This document shows, in pieces, positions 63,473 to 64,000 of a stretch of DNA of 64,000 nt. Within the stretch, counting starts at the first letter, position 1; each line of letters starts with the position of its first letter. The notes beneath the pieces are model-generated. The model was not told the DNA's origin, made no database searches, and worked only from the letters and a program-made list of their open reading frames with translations. Both the position numbers and the translations under genes were made by a program. Location of the stretch: positions 606 through 64,605 of the forward strand of contig NSIM01000008.1 in the NCBI GenBank assembly GCA_002737705.1, in the 5' to 3' direction. The DNA is from Flavobacteriales bacterium. GTDB taxonomy: Bacteria > Bacteroidota > Bacteroidia > NS11-12g > UBA955.

Positions 63473-64000
63473 ATGAAAATAAAATTTAACACTATTCAAG
63501 ACCTTTCTGATGCGCGTTATGCCTCGGCTGCAATGGCAGAATGGATGGGTTTTGCTGTCGGAGGATTGCCCATAGATAAAGTACAAGAAATTATAGGCTG
63601 GTGTTCTGGGCCCAAATTAACACTTGAATTGCCTTCTACAAATCACCTCGAAACAGCCATCAGTTGGTGTACTATACTCCCCGTTGAGGCCATTGAATGC
63701 CCCATTGAAGAATATACATTTTGGCATCCGTCACTCCGTCTAAAAAACATCGAATGGATTTTACTTTGTAAAAACAACTACAGTCCGTCTGACAATATCA
63801 AAACCGATGATCACCCATCTGACAATGAACCGTTTCCCATTGCCCAGGATACTTTCAATTGGCAAATATGGGAGGAAGTATGCAAAGGAAGTTCTCCAAC
63901 AAAACCCCATTGGTATCATTTCGAAAAATTCAACTCCAATCCAAGCCTTACAAGCAATGCTATGTATCATATTAATTCCAAAGAATCAAACGCAATCTGG
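63473..64000 (+). CDS. TrpF-like (phosphoribosylanthranilate isomerase fold) protein; runs off the window
   Basis: Not in the ORF track. Manual translation gives MKIKFNTIQDLSDARYASAAMAEWMGF...QEIIGWCSG and is open to the window end. Confidence 0.7.
   Translation, partial: MKIKFNTIQDLSDARYASAAMAEWMGFAVGGLPIDKVQEIIGWCSGPKLTLELPSTNHLETAISWCTILPVEAIECPIEEYTFWHPSLRLKNIEWILLCKNNYSPSDNIKTDDHPSDNEPFPIAQDTFNWQIWEEVCKGSSPTKPHWYHFEKFNSNPSLTSNAMYHINSKESNAIW

Noticed and set aside
1-64000. Defence systems, prophage, integrase or transposase genes, intact tRNA/rRNA
   Set aside because: No supporting motifs were seen; nearly all long ORFs are accounted for by other families.

Overview
AT-rich chromosomal window from a Bacteroidota bacterium, judged from TAnnTTTG -7 promoter boxes, a sigma-ABfr-type RpoD, T9SS cargo proteins and a Flavobacterium-type DnaJ. 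Most of it is housekeeping: icmF (partial), parE, ahcY, aroE, an M1 peptidase, feoAB, rpoD, mnmA, adk, menB, icd, grpE-dnaJ, riboflavin synthase, sdhCAB, thyA and pdhC. There are also two ~1500-aa PKD-repeat T9SS proteins. Two accessory-looking modules stand out. (1) A molybdenum-cofactor operon (moaA-moeA-TauE-moaD-moeB-moaE-moaCB) with no mobA or modABC in the window, next to a CHR oxyanion transporter; its leader contains two degenerate tRNA 3'-end fragments. (2) A probable KDN (deaminoneuraminic acid) operon: synthase, cytidylyltransferase, a phosphatase with KDN-9-P markers and a candidate KDN-transferase, flanked by a zinc-knuckle methyltransferase, an inverted-repeat-rich spacer and a flippase. 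Also seen: a chimeric ECF-sigma/beta-barrel relic and recurrent in-frame insertions in conserved enzymes. No intact tRNA/rRNA, CRISPR array, integrase or transposase was recognised. All family assignments come from recalled motifs, not database searches.
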